A DNA stretch of 32,889 nucleotides, taken from assembly GCA_003566395.1 (NCBI GenBank), contig PXDL01000065.1, positions 1-32,889 of the forward strand. Direction: 5' to 3'. Source of the stretch: Balneolia bacterium (GTDB taxonomy: Bacteria > Bacteroidota > Rhodothermia > Balneolales > Cyclonatronaceae). Under the pieces are notes generated by a model. It saw nothing but the letters and a program-made list of their open reading frames with translations. It was not told the origin of the DNA and ran no database searches. Within the stretch, counting starts at the first letter, position 1, and each line of letters opens with the position of its first letter. This document shows positions 1 to 10,518 of this stretch, piece by piece. The position numbers were made by a program, and so were the translations under genes.

Positions 1-516
1 CGGAAAATGACCGAACGCTTTCTTGGGGTTGATGACGGCATCAGGCAATTTGCCGAAAATAGAAGCCCGCGTAATACAGCAAGTCCGGCGGTACCCATGC
101 TCACGGGAATGACTCTGGAACATGCCGGCCGTCTGCTCAGCCATCAAAATCTGAATTTTTCTACAAGCGGAGCGGGAAGCTTTGTATCGTCACAGCTCCC
201 GGAGGCAGGAGCGCGTCTGGAACAGGGTGAAACCATCCGGCTGACGTTATCAGCCCTGCCCGCCGGTATAGCCGCACTCGAAGAACAGACTTCCGATGAC
301 AGCCGGGCAACTATTCCGGAAGTCCGCGGTTTGAGTATGCGGGAAGCGGTCCAAACCTTACGCTCCGCAGGGTACACCATTAACCGTACCGGTTCGGGTA
401 CGGTCTATGCGCAATTCCCCGAGGCGGGAGCCATTATGCAGACCGGCCGCCCTGTTACCATTCGCGGACGGGCCAGACCTATGGAACAACTCGTCAGCGA
501 GAGGAGGGGCCGATGA
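1..516 (+). CDS. ftsI: Peptidoglycan transpeptidase FtsI/PBP3, C-terminal part with two PASTA domains (5' truncated by window)
   Basis: The frame is open from base 1. Two PASTA-like repeats (VPMLTGMTLEHA..GSFVSSQLPEAG; IPEVRGLSMREA..GTVYAQFPEAG). Lies directly upstream of murE with an ATGA overlap. Confidence 0.85.
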   Translation, partial: RKMTERFLGVDDGIRQFAENRSPRNTASPAVPMLTGMTLEHAGRLLSHQNLNFSTSGAGSFVSSQLPEAGARLEQGETIRLTLSALPAGIAALEEQTSDDSRATIPEVRGLSMREAVQTLRSAGYTINRTGSGTVYAQFPEAGAIMQTGRPVTIRGRARPMEQLVSERRGR

Positions 517-2003
517 GTCGTTTACTTGAAAAAAAACGGGTTCTGGAACTAACAGAAGCTGTCGGGATAACCGGACAGCTTGATTCGTTTTACAAAGGCT
601 TTAGCGTGGACTCCAGGGAAATTGAACCCGGTTATATTTTTGCCGCTGTAAAAGGCCATCAGGCAGATGGGCACGATTTTATCAGTCAGGCCGTGGAAAA
701 AGGGGCCGAAGTGATTCTTACCGAGCGCGATCCCGCAACGCTTGAGCTGCCTCAGGGTGTAGCCGGAATACGAGTGAAGGATGTGCGCCTTGCCCTGTCG
801 AAGCTAAGCTTTGCGTTTGAAGGCGACCCCCAAAACAAACTGAGTGTTGCCGGAGTTACCGGAACCAATGGAAAAACCACGGTTACGACTCTGGTGCATC
901 AGGTGCTTACCCGGCTGGGTTTCAGAGCGGGAATGCTGGGAACCGTGGAAAAGCGAGTGGGCGACACGGCCTCCGTAACCCGGCTAACGACCGGTTCTCC
1001 CCAGGAGATAGCCCGGGATTTCAGCGGTATGCTTGATGCAGGCTGCACACATGTAGTAATGGAAGTTTCATCCCACGGGCTAAGTCAGCGTCGTACCGAT
1101 GCCGTTACTTTCGATGTGGCCGCCTTCACAAATCTGAGCCATGATCACCTTGATTATCACGGAAGTCCGGAAGCCTACTTGAAGGCGAAAAAACGTTTGT
1201 TCGACGGTCTTGGTGAAGATCATATAGCCGTGATAAATACAGATGAAGAAGCAACACCGAAACTTATATCCGATTGCCGTGCAGTAATCTGGCCGTACGG
1301 ACTAAAGGACGAAAGTATGAGGATAATCCGCAACGATGCTGAGGGATTATCTGTGGAAATGGACGGCACTCGTATCGATTCCCCGCTTTGTGGATTGTTC
1401 AACGCATACAACCTTGCTGCGGCTTTTTTGATTTGCCGTGCATTCGGATGTTCGGCCCGGAATACAGCGGCTGCGCTCTCTGAAGCCAAAGGTGCCCGTG
1501 GCCGCCTGGAGCGAATCGTTACAGAAGACGAGGGGCTGCCTTCAGTTTTTGTGGATTATGCACACACACCGGATGCGCTTGAAAACGTGCTGGCTACGCT
1601 TCGAAACATGGAGCCCGAAAAACAACTTATTGTGGTCTTCGGCTGTGGCGGCAATCGTGACCGGGACAAACGCCCGGAAATGGGACGCATAGCGGCTTCG
1701 CTGGCCGATTTGGTGATAGTAACTTCCGATAATCCGCGTTTTGAAGAGCCGGATGCCATTATTCGGGAAATTATAACCGGAATACCGAACGCAGATACCC
1801 TGGTGAATCCGGATCGTCCAGCCGCTATCACGGAAGCCGTGGCAATGGCCGATGAAAATGCCGTGGTGCTTATCGCCGGTAAAGGTCATGAGACCTATCA
1901 GGAAGTCATGGGCGTGCGCTATGATATAGATGACGCCAAAATTGCACGCCGCGCCCTGCAGCTTAGAGCCGGGCGGGAAATTAAAAAAGGGGAGGACGTC
2001 TGA
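513..2003 (+). CDS. murE: UDP-MurNAc-L-Ala-D-Glu:meso-diaminopimelate ligase
   Basis: Motifs GVTGTNGKTT, MEVSSH, FTNLSHDHLDYH, DYAHTPDA, SDNPR (mDAP-specificity motif) and AGKGHE. Confidence 0.97.
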   Translation: MSRLLEKKRVLELTEAVGITGQLDSFYKGFSVDSREIEPGYIFAAVKGHQADGHDFISQAVEKGAEVILTERDPATLELPQGVAGIRVKDVRLALSKLSFAFEGDPQNKLSVAGVTGTNGKTTVTTLVHQVLTRLGFRAGMLGTVEKRVGDTASVTRLTTGSPQEIARDFSGMLDAGCTHVVMEVSSHGLSQRRTDAVTFDVAAFTNLSHDHLDYHGSPEAYLKAKKRLFDGLGEDHIAVINTDEEATPKLISDCRAVIWPYGLKDESMRIIRNDAEGLSVEMDGTRIDSPLCGLFNAYNLAAAFLICRAFGCSARNTAAALSEAKGARGRLERIVTEDEGLPSVFVDYAHTPDALENVLATLRNMEPEKQLIVVFGCGGNRDRDKRPEMGRIAASLADLVIVTSDNPRFEEPDAIIREIITGIPNADTLVNPDRPAAITEAVAMADENAVVLIAGKGHETYQEVMGVRYDIDDAKIARRALQLRAGREIKKGEDV

Positions 2004-2004
2004 T

Positions 2005-3141
2005 ATGCTGTATTGGCTGCTCGATTATCTGCGTCAGGAATTTCTAATCCCCGGCTTCGGAGCGTTTAGTTTTATCACCGTTCGTGCTGCAATGGCTGCC
2101 GGACTGGCCTTGCTGATCAGTATTATTTTCGGGAAGCGCATCATCCGGTTGCTTCAACGCCTGCAGGTGGGGGAAACCATCCGTGAAGACATCGGTCTTG
2201 AAGGCCACAAGCATAAAGCGGGTACCCCCAGTATGGGCGGGATAATCATCATTCTGGCCATCATCATACCTTCGCTGCTGTGGATGAACCCGGCAAGCGT
2301 TTACGGATGGATGGTTCTTTTTGTAGTGGTTGCACTCGGCGCGGTGGGTTTTCTGGACGATTACATCAAAATTGTGAAAAAAAACAAGGACGGTCTGATG
2401 GGCCGGTTCAAGCTGATAGGGCAGATTAGCGTGGGTGTAATCCTCGGCTTATTTCTCTACTTTTATCCGGATTTCAGCGAGTACAACACCATTACAACCA
2501 TCCCTTTTGTGAAGGACGCGAACCTGAATTACGCCTTTCTGGGCGAACAGCTCGGATGGCTGATTTACATTCCGGTGGTCGTATTCATAATTACAGGTGT
2601 AAGCAATGCGGTAAACCTCACCGACGGCCTCGACGGTCTGGCCGCCGGAACCACGGCCATAGCCGGGATGGCGCTGGGTGTGCTTGCATACGTGTCCGGC
2701 CGGGTTGATTACTCGGGCTATCTCGATTTGATTTTTCTGCCGGGCGTAGGCGAATTGGCCATTTTCTGTGCCGCAATGGTAGGAGCCTGTTTCGGTTTTT
2801 TGTGGTACAACACCTACCCGGCCCAGGTATTCATGGGTGATACCGGCTCACTCGCACTGGGAGGCACTATCGGGGCCATCGCGCTTATGGTGCACAAAGA
2901 ATTACTTCTGCCGGTGCTTTGCGGTGTATTTATGATGGAAACCCTGTCTGTAATCATTCAGACAACCTGGTTTAAATACACAAAACGGAAATATGGTGAA
3001 GGAAGGCGGGTCTTTCTGATGGCACCCCTTCATCACCATTTTGAAAAACAAGGCTGGGCCGAACCCAAAATAGTGGTGCGGTTCTGGATTATAGCGGTGA
3101 TGCTTGCCGTGATTACGGTCGTAACCCTCAAACTCCGATGA
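2005..3141 (+). CDS. mraY: Phospho-N-acetylmuramoyl-pentapeptide transferase
   Basis: Motifs GTPSMGG, GFLDD, NAVNLTDGLDGLA, FMGDTGS and MAPLHHHFE. Start moved to ATG 2005, which has GGAGG at 1991-1995 and lies 1 nt after the murE stop. Confidence 0.97.
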   Translation: MLYWLLDYLRQEFLIPGFGAFSFITVRAAMAAGLALLISIIFGKRIIRLLQRLQVGETIREDIGLEGHKHKAGTPSMGGIIIILAIIIPSLLWMNPASVYGWMVLFVVVALGAVGFLDDYIKIVKKNKDGLMGRFKLIGQISVGVILGLFLYFYPDFSEYNTITTIPFVKDANLNYAFLGEQLGWLIYIPVVVFIITGVSNAVNLTDGLDGLAAGTTAIAGMALGVLAYVSGRVDYSGYLDLIFLPGVGELAIFCAAMVGACFGFLWYNTYPAQVFMGDTGSLALGGTIGAIALMVHKELLLPVLCGVFMMETLSVIIQTTWFKYTKRKYGEGRRVFLMAPLHHHFEKQGWAEPKIVVRFWIIAVMLAVITVVTLKLR

Positions 3142-4499
3142 AAAACATCAAAGACCGAAATATCGTGATTGTCGGCGGTGCCAGAAGCGGTACCGCAGCG
3201 GCCGTGCTTCTGGCCTCAAAGGGCGCTCGTGTGTTTATCACCGACATCGGCGCTATTCCGGTGCATCAGAAAAATATTCTGACGCACAACGAAATCCCGT
3301 TTGAGGAAAACGGCCATACCGAACGTGCCCGTAAGGCTGATTTCGCGGTTGTAAGTCCCGGAGTGCCGGACAATGCGCCTCTGATCAGATATTTTGCATC
3401 CAACGATATTAAGGTATATAGCGAGATTGAAGCGGCCTGCTGGTTTTCCGAGAGCCCGGTATATGCCGTAACAGGCAGCAATGGAAAAACGACCACCACA
3501 AGCTGGCTCAACCACATGTGGAAACAGGCTGCCCGCCCGGCCTTGGTGGGAGGGAATATAGGAACCGCAGTTTCTGAGCTGATTCCGCAAACCTCTCCCG
3601 ATGCAACGCTGATTCTCGAAGTAAGCAGCTTTCAGCTCGATCATATCGATACGTTTCGCCCCAAAGTTGCAGCTCTGCTCAACATCACACCGGATCACCT
3701 CAATCGCTATCAAAACAAATTCGAACATTACATTGCATCCAAAATGCGCATCATGAAAAATCAGCAGCCGGATGATTATCTGGTATTCAATTACGACGAT
3801 CCGGTGCTGAAGGAACAGGTGGCCGGAATTGGTGTTCGCCCCGACGGCCCTCAGCTTCTGCCGTTCTCTCTGCTGGATGAAGTTTCCCGGGGAGCATTTA
3901 TCCGGGGTGAGGAAATCATTCTGCGTCTGGATGGTAAGGACGAACCGGTGGCCGGGGTCGATGAAGTCGGTCTCAGAGGTAACCATAATCTCGGAAACAG
4001 CCTGGCCGCCGCCATCATGGGCCGCATCAACGAAATTAGTTTGCCGGCAATTCGCGACAGTCTGATGCGCTTCGAAGGTGTGGAACACCGGCTGGAACAG
4101 GTCAGGATTATTAACGGAGTGCGCTACATCAACGACAGCAAAGCGACCAACGTGAATGCCGTCTGGTATGCCCTGCAGAGTATAAAGTCGCCCGTTGTGC
4201 TGATTCTGGGCGGTCAGGACAAAGGAAACGACTACAAAGAACTTTCGGAGCAGATCAAAAAGAAGGTGCACACGCTTATTGCTATCGGTCAGGCCCGCGA
4301 AGTGATTCGTTCGCAGGTTTCCCGCGACGCCCTTTACTACCACGAAGCCGACAGCCTTGAAGAGGCCGTGCAGCTCGCGCATCGAAAAGCCCGCAAGGGT
4401 GAGGCCGTGCTGCTAAGTCCGGCATGTGCGTCCTTCGATATGTTCGATGATTATGAACACCGTGGCAAGGTATTCAAACAAGCCGTAATGGCACTTTAA
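3138..4499 (+). CDS. murD: UDP-MurNAc-L-Ala:D-glutamate ligase
   Basis: Motifs VSPGV, VTGSNGKTTT, LEVSSFQL, NITPDHL, NDSKATN and LLSPACASFD. Confidence 0.97.
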   Translation: MKNIKDRNIVIVGGARSGTAAAVLLASKGARVFITDIGAIPVHQKNILTHNEIPFEENGHTERARKADFAVVSPGVPDNAPLIRYFASNDIKVYSEIEAACWFSESPVYAVTGSNGKTTTTSWLNHMWKQAARPALVGGNIGTAVSELIPQTSPDATLILEVSSFQLDHIDTFRPKVAALLNITPDHLNRYQNKFEHYIASKMRIMKNQQPDDYLVFNYDDPVLKEQVAGIGVRPDGPQLLPFSLLDEVSRGAFIRGEEIILRLDGKDEPVAGVDEVGLRGNHNLGNSLAAAIMGRINEISLPAIRDSLMRFEGVEHRLEQVRIINGVRYINDSKATNVNAVWYALQSIKSPVVLILGGQDKGNDYKELSEQIKKKVHTLIAIGQAREVIRSQVSRDALYYHEADSLEEAVQLAHRKARKGEAVLLSPACASFDMFDDYEHRGKVFKQAVMAL

Positions 4500-4511
4500 C
4501 CTCATTTCAGG

Positions 4512-5693
4512 ATGAAATTCACCACACTGCACAGCAAATCGTTTATAGTAGATCAGACCCCGGATGAAGTCCGGGGAGAGGGTCGTACGAGCGATCGCTT
4601 TTTGCTGGCCGGCATTTTTGCGCTGATGGTTTTCGGTGTGCTCGCGGTGTATTCATCCATCGCCTATTTCGCGGAAGTGCATCAGACTACGGCCACGCGT
4701 CTGGTTTTAGGGCATGTGGTGAAACTGGCCATCGCGTTCAGCGTGATGATCATTTTCTCAAAAATACATTACGCCCACGTTGCACGGTTAAGCAAGCTGG
4801 CCCTGTATCTGAGCTGGGTGTTTTTGGTGATTGTGGCATTGTACGGAGCCGAGCACTTCGGGGCACGACGCTGGCTAAACGTGGCCGGATTTTCCTTCCA
4901 GCCGTCCTCTCTGGCCTCCATCGCCCTGCTGATTTACCTCTGTCGGTTACTGATCGTCAGAAAAGAAGATCTGTACGATCTCAAAAAAGCTTTTCTCCCG
5001 GCGCTCGGATATATCGGTGTTACGTGCTTTCTGATCGGTATCGAAGACTTTTCCAGCGCAGCCGTATTGCTTTCGCTCTGTTTTGTGATGATGTTTATAG
5101 GGCGAATGAGACTGCTTCACCTCGGAACGCTTTTGGTGGTGGGACTCACCGGTGCGGTGATGCTTCTTGCCATGTCGGATCAGAGGCAGGCGCGCATCAC
5201 CAATTATGTTGAGCAGGTCCGTACTATTGAAAGCACAGAGTTCGTGCGCGGAGCCGGATATCAGGCACAGCAGGCTCAAATCGCTATTGCGCGCGGTGGA
5301 TTGCTCGGGGTCGGTATTGGTAAAAGCACCCAGCGCGATTTCCTGCCGGCACCCTACAACGATTTTATTTTTGCTATCATCGCTGAAGAATACGGCCTGA
5401 TAGGCTCCGGAGCCCTGCTTCTGGTATTCATTCTGATTCTCATGCGTGGCGTGGTTTTTATCGCACTGAAGGCCGAAGATGAACTCGGTACGCTTATGGC
5501 GATGGCCTGCACGCTCATGATTGTTACCTACGGTATGGTGAATGCCGCCGTGGCCTGCGGACTTTTCCCGGTTACCGGCCTGCCGATGCCGTTTATAAGT
5601 TACGGGGGCACCAGTATGCTCTTTGCCGGAATGATGGCGGGCATTTTACTCAATATTTCCAAGTATCAGAGGAAGGAGGTCGTTCATGGCTGA
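4512..5693 (+). CDS. ftsW: SEDS-family peptidoglycan glycosyltransferase FtsW
   Basis: Multi-TM protein with GARRW, FQPS, DFIFAIIAEEYG and PFISYGGTS; dcw position. Confidence 0.94.
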   Translation: MKFTTLHSKSFIVDQTPDEVRGEGRTSDRFLLAGIFALMVFGVLAVYSSIAYFAEVHQTTATRLVLGHVVKLAIAFSVMIIFSKIHYAHVARLSKLALYLSWVFLVIVALYGAEHFGARRWLNVAGFSFQPSSLASIALLIYLCRLLIVRKEDLYDLKKAFLPALGYIGVTCFLIGIEDFSSAAVLLSLCFVMMFIGRMRLLHLGTLLVVGLTGAVMLLAMSDQRQARITNYVEQVRTIESTEFVRGAGYQAQQAQIAIARGGLLGVGIGKSTQRDFLPAPYNDFIFAIIAEEYGLIGSGALLLVFILILMRGVVFIALKAEDELGTLMAMACTLMIVTYGMVNAAVACGLFPVTGLPMPFISYGGTSMLFAGMMAGILLNISKYQRKEVVHG

Positions 5694-6810
5694 TCGTGCC
5701 TACACTTTTCTGATTAGCGGCGGAGGAACCGGCGGCCATGTGTATCCGGCTATTGCTATCGCTGATGCCCTGCGCAAGAGCCTGCCTGAATCGGTAATTG
5801 CCTTTGCCGGCAGTCGCGATCGCATTGAGTGGCAGGCTGTGCCGAAAGCGGGGTATCCGATCTACCCGATCTGGATCAGTGGGCTTCAGCGGAGGCTCAC
5901 CCTGAAAAATCTTCTGGTTCCGCTGAAGCTGACCACAAGCCTGCTGCAAAGCCTGCGCATAATGCGGAAGCTGAAGCCGGATGCGGTAATTTGCACGGGC
6001 GGCTATGTTTCCGGACCGGTGGGATGGGTTGCCGGCAAGCTCGGAATTCCGGTATTTCTGCAGGAACAAAACAGCTTCCCCGGAGTAACTACGCGCCTGC
6101 TTTCGGCAGTTGCTGAGCGAATATTTACGGTTTTCAAAGAAGCTGAAGTGTATCTCGGCAAGGCTAAAGGCCGCATCTCTCTTCTGGGAAATCCCACTCG
6201 AAACGAAATAGTGAAGCCGGGAATGAAAGGTGCACACGACGTTTTTAAACTGGAAGCGGGCAAACCCACGCTTCTTGTGCTGGGTGGAAGCGGAGGCGCC
6301 GTCACTATAAACGAAGCGATGCTGAGCGGATTAAGCCAACTGCACGATGCCGCAAAAATGCAGATCATCTGGCAGTGCGGACCGAGATATCTGAAAAGTG
6401 TGAATAACCGCATCGATCCGGACAGATATCCTGCTTTGCGCGTACGGGCATTTATCGATGATATGGCGGCCGCTTATCAGGCGGCGGATATTGTGGTCAC
6501 CCGCGCAGGTGCCGGCATTTGCTCCGAACTGATGATAGCCGGTAAGCCTTCCGTACTTATTCCATCCCCGAATGTGGCCGGAGACCATCAGCGAAAAAAC
6601 GCAGAGGCCATGGCTGAAAAAGGTGCCGCTCTTGTGCTGGCCGACAATGAGGCCGTGGAAAAACTTCCGGGACTCGTAGCCGATCTTCTTGGTGATAAAT
6701 CCCGACTCGATTCTATGCGGCAAGCAGCTCTGAAGATGGCCAAACCCGATGCTGCCGACGCCATTGCAGGAGAAATAATTTCATTTTTAGACAACCGCAG
6801 AGCAAGTTGA
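5686..6810 (+). CDS. murG: Lipid II GlcNAc transferase MurG
   Basis: Motifs GGGTGGHVYP, TGGYVS, EQNSFPG, GNP, GGSGGA, RAGA and HQRKNA. Confidence 0.97.
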   Translation: MADRAYTFLISGGGTGGHVYPAIAIADALRKSLPESVIAFAGSRDRIEWQAVPKAGYPIYPIWISGLQRRLTLKNLLVPLKLTTSLLQSLRIMRKLKPDAVICTGGYVSGPVGWVAGKLGIPVFLQEQNSFPGVTTRLLSAVAERIFTVFKEAEVYLGKAKGRISLLGNPTRNEIVKPGMKGAHDVFKLEAGKPTLLVLGGSGGAVTINEAMLSGLSQLHDAAKMQIIWQCGPRYLKSVNNRIDPDRYPALRVRAFIDDMAAAYQAADIVVTRAGAGICSELMIAGKPSVLIPSPNVAGDHQRKNAEAMAEKGAALVLADNEAVEKLPGLVADLLGDKSRLDSMRQAALKMAKPDAADAIAGEIISFLDNRRAS

Positions 6811-6812
6811 TT

Positions 6813-8273
6813 ATGACAAAGAAGCATTCCCATAGCGACCAAAGCCAACAGATAACGGCCCAGCCTGTGTTCGGGAACACCCGTCACATTCATATGGTGG
6901 GCATCGGTGGTATCGGTATGAGCGGGATGGCTGAAATTTTACTCCGGAAAGGATACGTAGTGTCCGGTTCGGACGGTGCGCGGTCGGAAACCACGGACCG
7001 CCTTGAGCAGCTTGGAGCCACCATCTATATAGGGCATGAGGCCGCACAGATTGAGGGCGCAGATGTGGTTGTCTATACCAGCGCCGTGCAGGCCGAAGAG
7101 AATGTGGAAACCCGCGCCGCGCTTGATAAACGAATACCGGTTATAAAAAGAGCTGAAATGCTGGCCGAACTGATGCGTATGAAGTTCGGCATCGGTATTG
7201 CCGGTACGCACGGGAAAACCACCACCACCACCATGACGGGCCATGTGGTACAGAAAGGCGGTTTCGATCCTACAATTATTGTAGGCGGACGAGTGCACAG
7301 CTTTGATAAAACCAATGCCGTAGTGGGCGGAGGCGATATCATTATTGTAGAAGCCGATGAATTCGATCGTACGTTCCTGCGGCTTTCCCCGTCCATGGCG
7401 GTCATTACCAATATTGAGGCCGAGCACATGGATATCTACTCCGATGTGGACGATATCAAACAGGCCTTTCTGGAATTTGCGAACAAAGTGCCGTTTTACG
7501 GCTCCGTAATTATTTGCCTCGATGACGACAATGTTCGCAGCATTGTGCCCGGTATTAAGCGGAAAACCCTTACATACGGCTTTACGCCTCAGGCCCGGCT
7601 GCGTCCCTCTTCTGTGAAGTCCGACGGGATGTTTACGGTTTTTGATGTGAAGTATGATGATGAAACCCTCGGCAGCATCCGCATTCAGGCTCCGGGCGAG
7701 CATAATGTGCGTAACGCACTGGCGGCTATCGGTATAGGGCTTGAGCTTAATATGGATTTTGACGCCATCAAAAAGGGGCTTGAAGCATATAGCGGAGTTT
7801 TCCGGCGGTTTCAGGAAAAATATGATGACGGCAAACTATTGGTTATCGACGACTATGCGCATCACCCTACCGAAGTACAGGCAACCATCCGGGCCGCACG
7901 TAACGGCTGGCCCGAGAAGCGCATCGTGGCTGTTTTTCAGCCGCATCTGTATTCGCGCACCAAAGAACTGTACAAGGAGTTCGGGCTGTCTTTTTTTGAT
8001 GCCGATGTGATTGTGGTAACCGATATCTACCCGTCCAGGGAAAAGCCGATCGAGGGCGTAAGCGGAAAACTCATTGCCGATACGGCCGAGAATTACGGGC
8101 ACCGGGCGGTTCACTATATCGCCGATAAGCAGGATGTGCCGGCAGGCTTGAAGGGCATCACGGAGCCGGGCGATCTGATTGTGACAATGGGAGCCGGAGA
8201 TATTTACAAATATGGCGACCTCTTTGTGCAGTCACTCAAACGAAAATCAAAAACACCGGAGGATGATTCATGA
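6813..8273 (+). CDS. murC: UDP-N-acetylmuramate:L-alanine ligase
   Basis: Motifs GIGGIGMSG, AGTHGKTTTT, EADEFD, DDYAHHPTE and FQPHLYSRT. ATG at 6813 chosen; TTG at 6807 is an alternative. Confidence 0.96.
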   Translation: MTKKHSHSDQSQQITAQPVFGNTRHIHMVGIGGIGMSGMAEILLRKGYVVSGSDGARSETTDRLEQLGATIYIGHEAAQIEGADVVVYTSAVQAEENVETRAALDKRIPVIKRAEMLAELMRMKFGIGIAGTHGKTTTTTMTGHVVQKGGFDPTIIVGGRVHSFDKTNAVVGGGDIIIVEADEFDRTFLRLSPSMAVITNIEAEHMDIYSDVDDIKQAFLEFANKVPFYGSVIICLDDDNVRSIVPGIKRKTLTYGFTPQARLRPSSVKSDGMFTVFDVKYDDETLGSIRIQAPGEHNVRNALAAIGIGLELNMDFDAIKKGLEAYSGVFRRFQEKYDDGKLLVIDDYAHHPTEVQATIRAARNGWPEKRIVAVFQPHLYSRTKELYKEFGLSFFDADVIVVTDIYPSREKPIEGVSGKLIADTAENYGHRAVHYIADKQDVPAGLKGITEPGDLIVTMGAGDIYKYGDLFVQSLKRKSKTPEDDS

Positions 8274-9121
8274 AGTTCATGAAAAACAATGCCGGTAATC
8301 CGGGAAACAGTACCCCCGGCGGAAATATGGGTGAGCCGCTGCGCAAACCGGATTCCGTTTCGGGATCGAAAAAAAATCGCCGGCGCAAAGCAATCCAAAT
8401 CCCGATGCCCAACCGTTCGGTGGCTTATCTGGTGGCTGCACTTCTGCTGGTGTCCGGGTCTGTTTATGCAGCACACTACTTGATGGCCGACACCAAAATC
8501 AACGATATCGTGATAACGGGCATGAATTACAGCAGCGAGGAAGACATACGCGCTGCCGCGGGCGTTTTGCCCGATACACCGGCCGATTCCGTTAGGGCCA
8601 TTCAAGTCATTGAATCGATAGAAGCCATGCCTTACGTGCGTGAGGCCGGGGTTGTAATATCGGCCCTTGGCACGATGCGTATCCACCTTACCGAGCGTAA
8701 ACCGATTGCGGTTCTGGCTCAGGGTGATGCTCTTGTTATGGTTGATGCGGACGGCATCAAAATGGAATTGCCGGACGGTTATTACCCGGACGTTCCGCTG
8801 CTGTACGGTTTTGATGTGCATCCGGCCGGAGATACCCTTAACTCCGCGGCTTTCAAACAAACAGCAGGGTTCCTGAAGGCACTTGAACGGTCAAAAGTAG
8901 CCTCTCTGACGGTTAGTGAAGTCGGCTGGCATGAAGAGGACGGCATTTTCGCCCTCAGCAGAGAAAACGGCGTTCGGCTGGTTTTCGGTAAATATAATTT
9001 TGCCGACCGGCTGGAAAACTGGGAAGAATTTTACCGCCAGGTAGTTCCCCAAAAAGGAATGACGGCTTTCACCAGCCTGGATTTCAGATTCGAAGGGCAG
9101 GTAGTAGCCCATGAAATTTAG
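8270..9121 (+). CDS. ftsQ: Cell division protein FtsQ/DivIB
   Basis: Basic N-tail, one TM segment, POTRA-like region (PYVREA..ERKPIA) and C-terminal LDFRFEGQVV. Lies between murC and ftsA. Confidence 0.88.
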   Translation: MKFMKNNAGNPGNSTPGGNMGEPLRKPDSVSGSKKNRRRKAIQIPMPNRSVAYLVAALLLVSGSVYAAHYLMADTKINDIVITGMNYSSEEDIRAAAGVLPDTPADSVRAIQVIESIEAMPYVREAGVVISALGTMRIHLTERKPIAVLAQGDALVMVDADGIKMELPDGYYPDVPLLYGFDVHPAGDTLNSAAFKQTAGFLKALERSKVASLTVSEVGWHEEDGIFALSRENGVRLVFGKYNFADRLENWEEFYRQVVPQKGMTAFTSLDFRFEGQVVAHEI

Positions 9122-9170
9122 CGAATGGCTCTTATGATTAAAGTTATTAACAGCAACAACCCCTCAACCT

Positions 9171-10442
9171 ATGAATGATGAGATGATAGATAACAGAATT
9201 GTCGTCGGCCTCGACATCGGCACTACGAAAGTATGTGCGGTGGTTGCCTCGATCGACAGCAGTCAGAAAGTGAATATTCTGGGCGTGGGCAAAGCCCCGA
9301 GCGAGGGGCTGAACCGGGGCGTGGTAGTTAATATCGATAAAACGGTAAATGCTATTAAAACCGCTATCGAACAGGCTGAGCTTGCCTCCGGAATCCAGGT
9401 CAGGGCCGTGAATGTAGGAATAGCAGGAGACCATATCAGCAGCCTCAGGAGTAAAGGTGTAGTAACCATCACCAATCCCGACAGCGAAATTACGGTTGCC
9501 GATGTGGACCGTTTGCTCAAGGATTGCCAGCAGATAATGCTGCCGTCCGATCAGCAGATTATTCATGTTATTCCACAGGAGTTTATTGTTGACGGCCAGG
9601 ACGGCATCACCGATCCGGTAGGCATGAGCGGCATGCGTATTGAGGCGGACGTTCACATAATTACGGGACTGGTTTCCGCTGCCAAAAACATGTACCGCTG
9701 CGTGGAAAAGGCCGGGTATCAGGTCCAGGACGTAATTCTGGAGCCGCTGGCTTCATCCTACGCCGTGCTTGAAGAAGAAGAAAAAGAGGCGGGCGTGGTG
9801 CTCGTGGATATCGGCGGCGGAACAACGGATGTAGCCATTTTTCAGGGCAACACCATTCGCCATACCGCCGTCATCGCTATTGCCGGACAGAAAGTAACCG
9901 ACGACATCCGAATCGGGTTGAGTGTGCTTCAGGACCAGGCTCACAAGCTCAAGCACAACCACGGGCACGCGTTTGCCGATCTCATACACGAAGACGAAAT
10001 CATTACCGTGCCGGGTATAGCCGGACGCCCGCCGAAAGAAATTAAGAAAAGCATTCTTGCCCAGATCATTCAGGCACGGGTCGAAGAAATTCTTGAGATC
10101 GTGGCGATCGAGATCAGGCGTAGCGGTTACAGCAATGAGCTGAGTGCCGGAGTTGTGCTGACCGGAGGCGGATCGCTGGTAGAAGGAATTGTACCGCTCG
10201 CCCAGGAGATACTGGGTATGGATGCGAAAATCGGGCTCCCGACCGGGCTTACCGGCGGGCTGGTTAACGAGGTGAAAAGCCCGATTTATAGTACAGGTGT
10301 GGGGCTGGTTATGCATGCACAGGATAATCCGCTGGCCCAGAATCCACAGGGCGCACTGCCCGAAAGCGGAAGCGAAACCGATCAGGATACCCTGATGGAA
10401 CGCATCCGAAACCGAATGAAAGAGTGGTTTAAAGAACTGTGA
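9171..10442 (+). CDS. ftsA: Cell division protein FtsA
   Basis: Motifs GLDIGTTKV, DIGGGTTD and VLTGGGS; C-terminal amphipathic helix (RMKEWFKEL). Confidence 0.97.
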   Translation: MNDEMIDNRIVVGLDIGTTKVCAVVASIDSSQKVNILGVGKAPSEGLNRGVVVNIDKTVNAIKTAIEQAELASGIQVRAVNVGIAGDHISSLRSKGVVTITNPDSEITVADVDRLLKDCQQIMLPSDQQIIHVIPQEFIVDGQDGITDPVGMSGMRIEADVHIITGLVSAAKNMYRCVEKAGYQVQDVILEPLASSYAVLEEEEKEAGVVLVDIGGGTTDVAIFQGNTIRHTAVIAIAGQKVTDDIRIGLSVLQDQAHKLKHNHGHAFADLIHEDEIITVPGIAGRPPKEIKKSILAQIIQARVEEILEIVAIEIRRSGYSNELSAGVVLTGGGSLVEGIVPLAQEILGMDAKIGLPTGLTGGLVNEVKSPIYSTGVGLVMHAQDNPLAQNPQGALPESGSETDQDTLMERIRNRMKEWFKEL

Positions 10443-10518
10443 AACAATCCTTTGAACCCTCACTCAAAACAGAACATGGCAACACAATCAAAGAGAACAA
10501 AACTACAGGTAAAACGAC

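Noticed and set aside
3216-4382. 388-aa antisense ORF, and similar shadow ORFs (6939-7703, 9753-10463, 18594-19277 and others)
   Set aside because: They lie antisense to well-conserved genes and have no motifs; this is expected from codon bias.
2003-9171. murF, murB and ddl missing from the dcw cluster
   Set aside because: The murE-mraY and murC-ftsQ order is common in Bacteroidota-related lineages, where these genes usually lie elsewhere.
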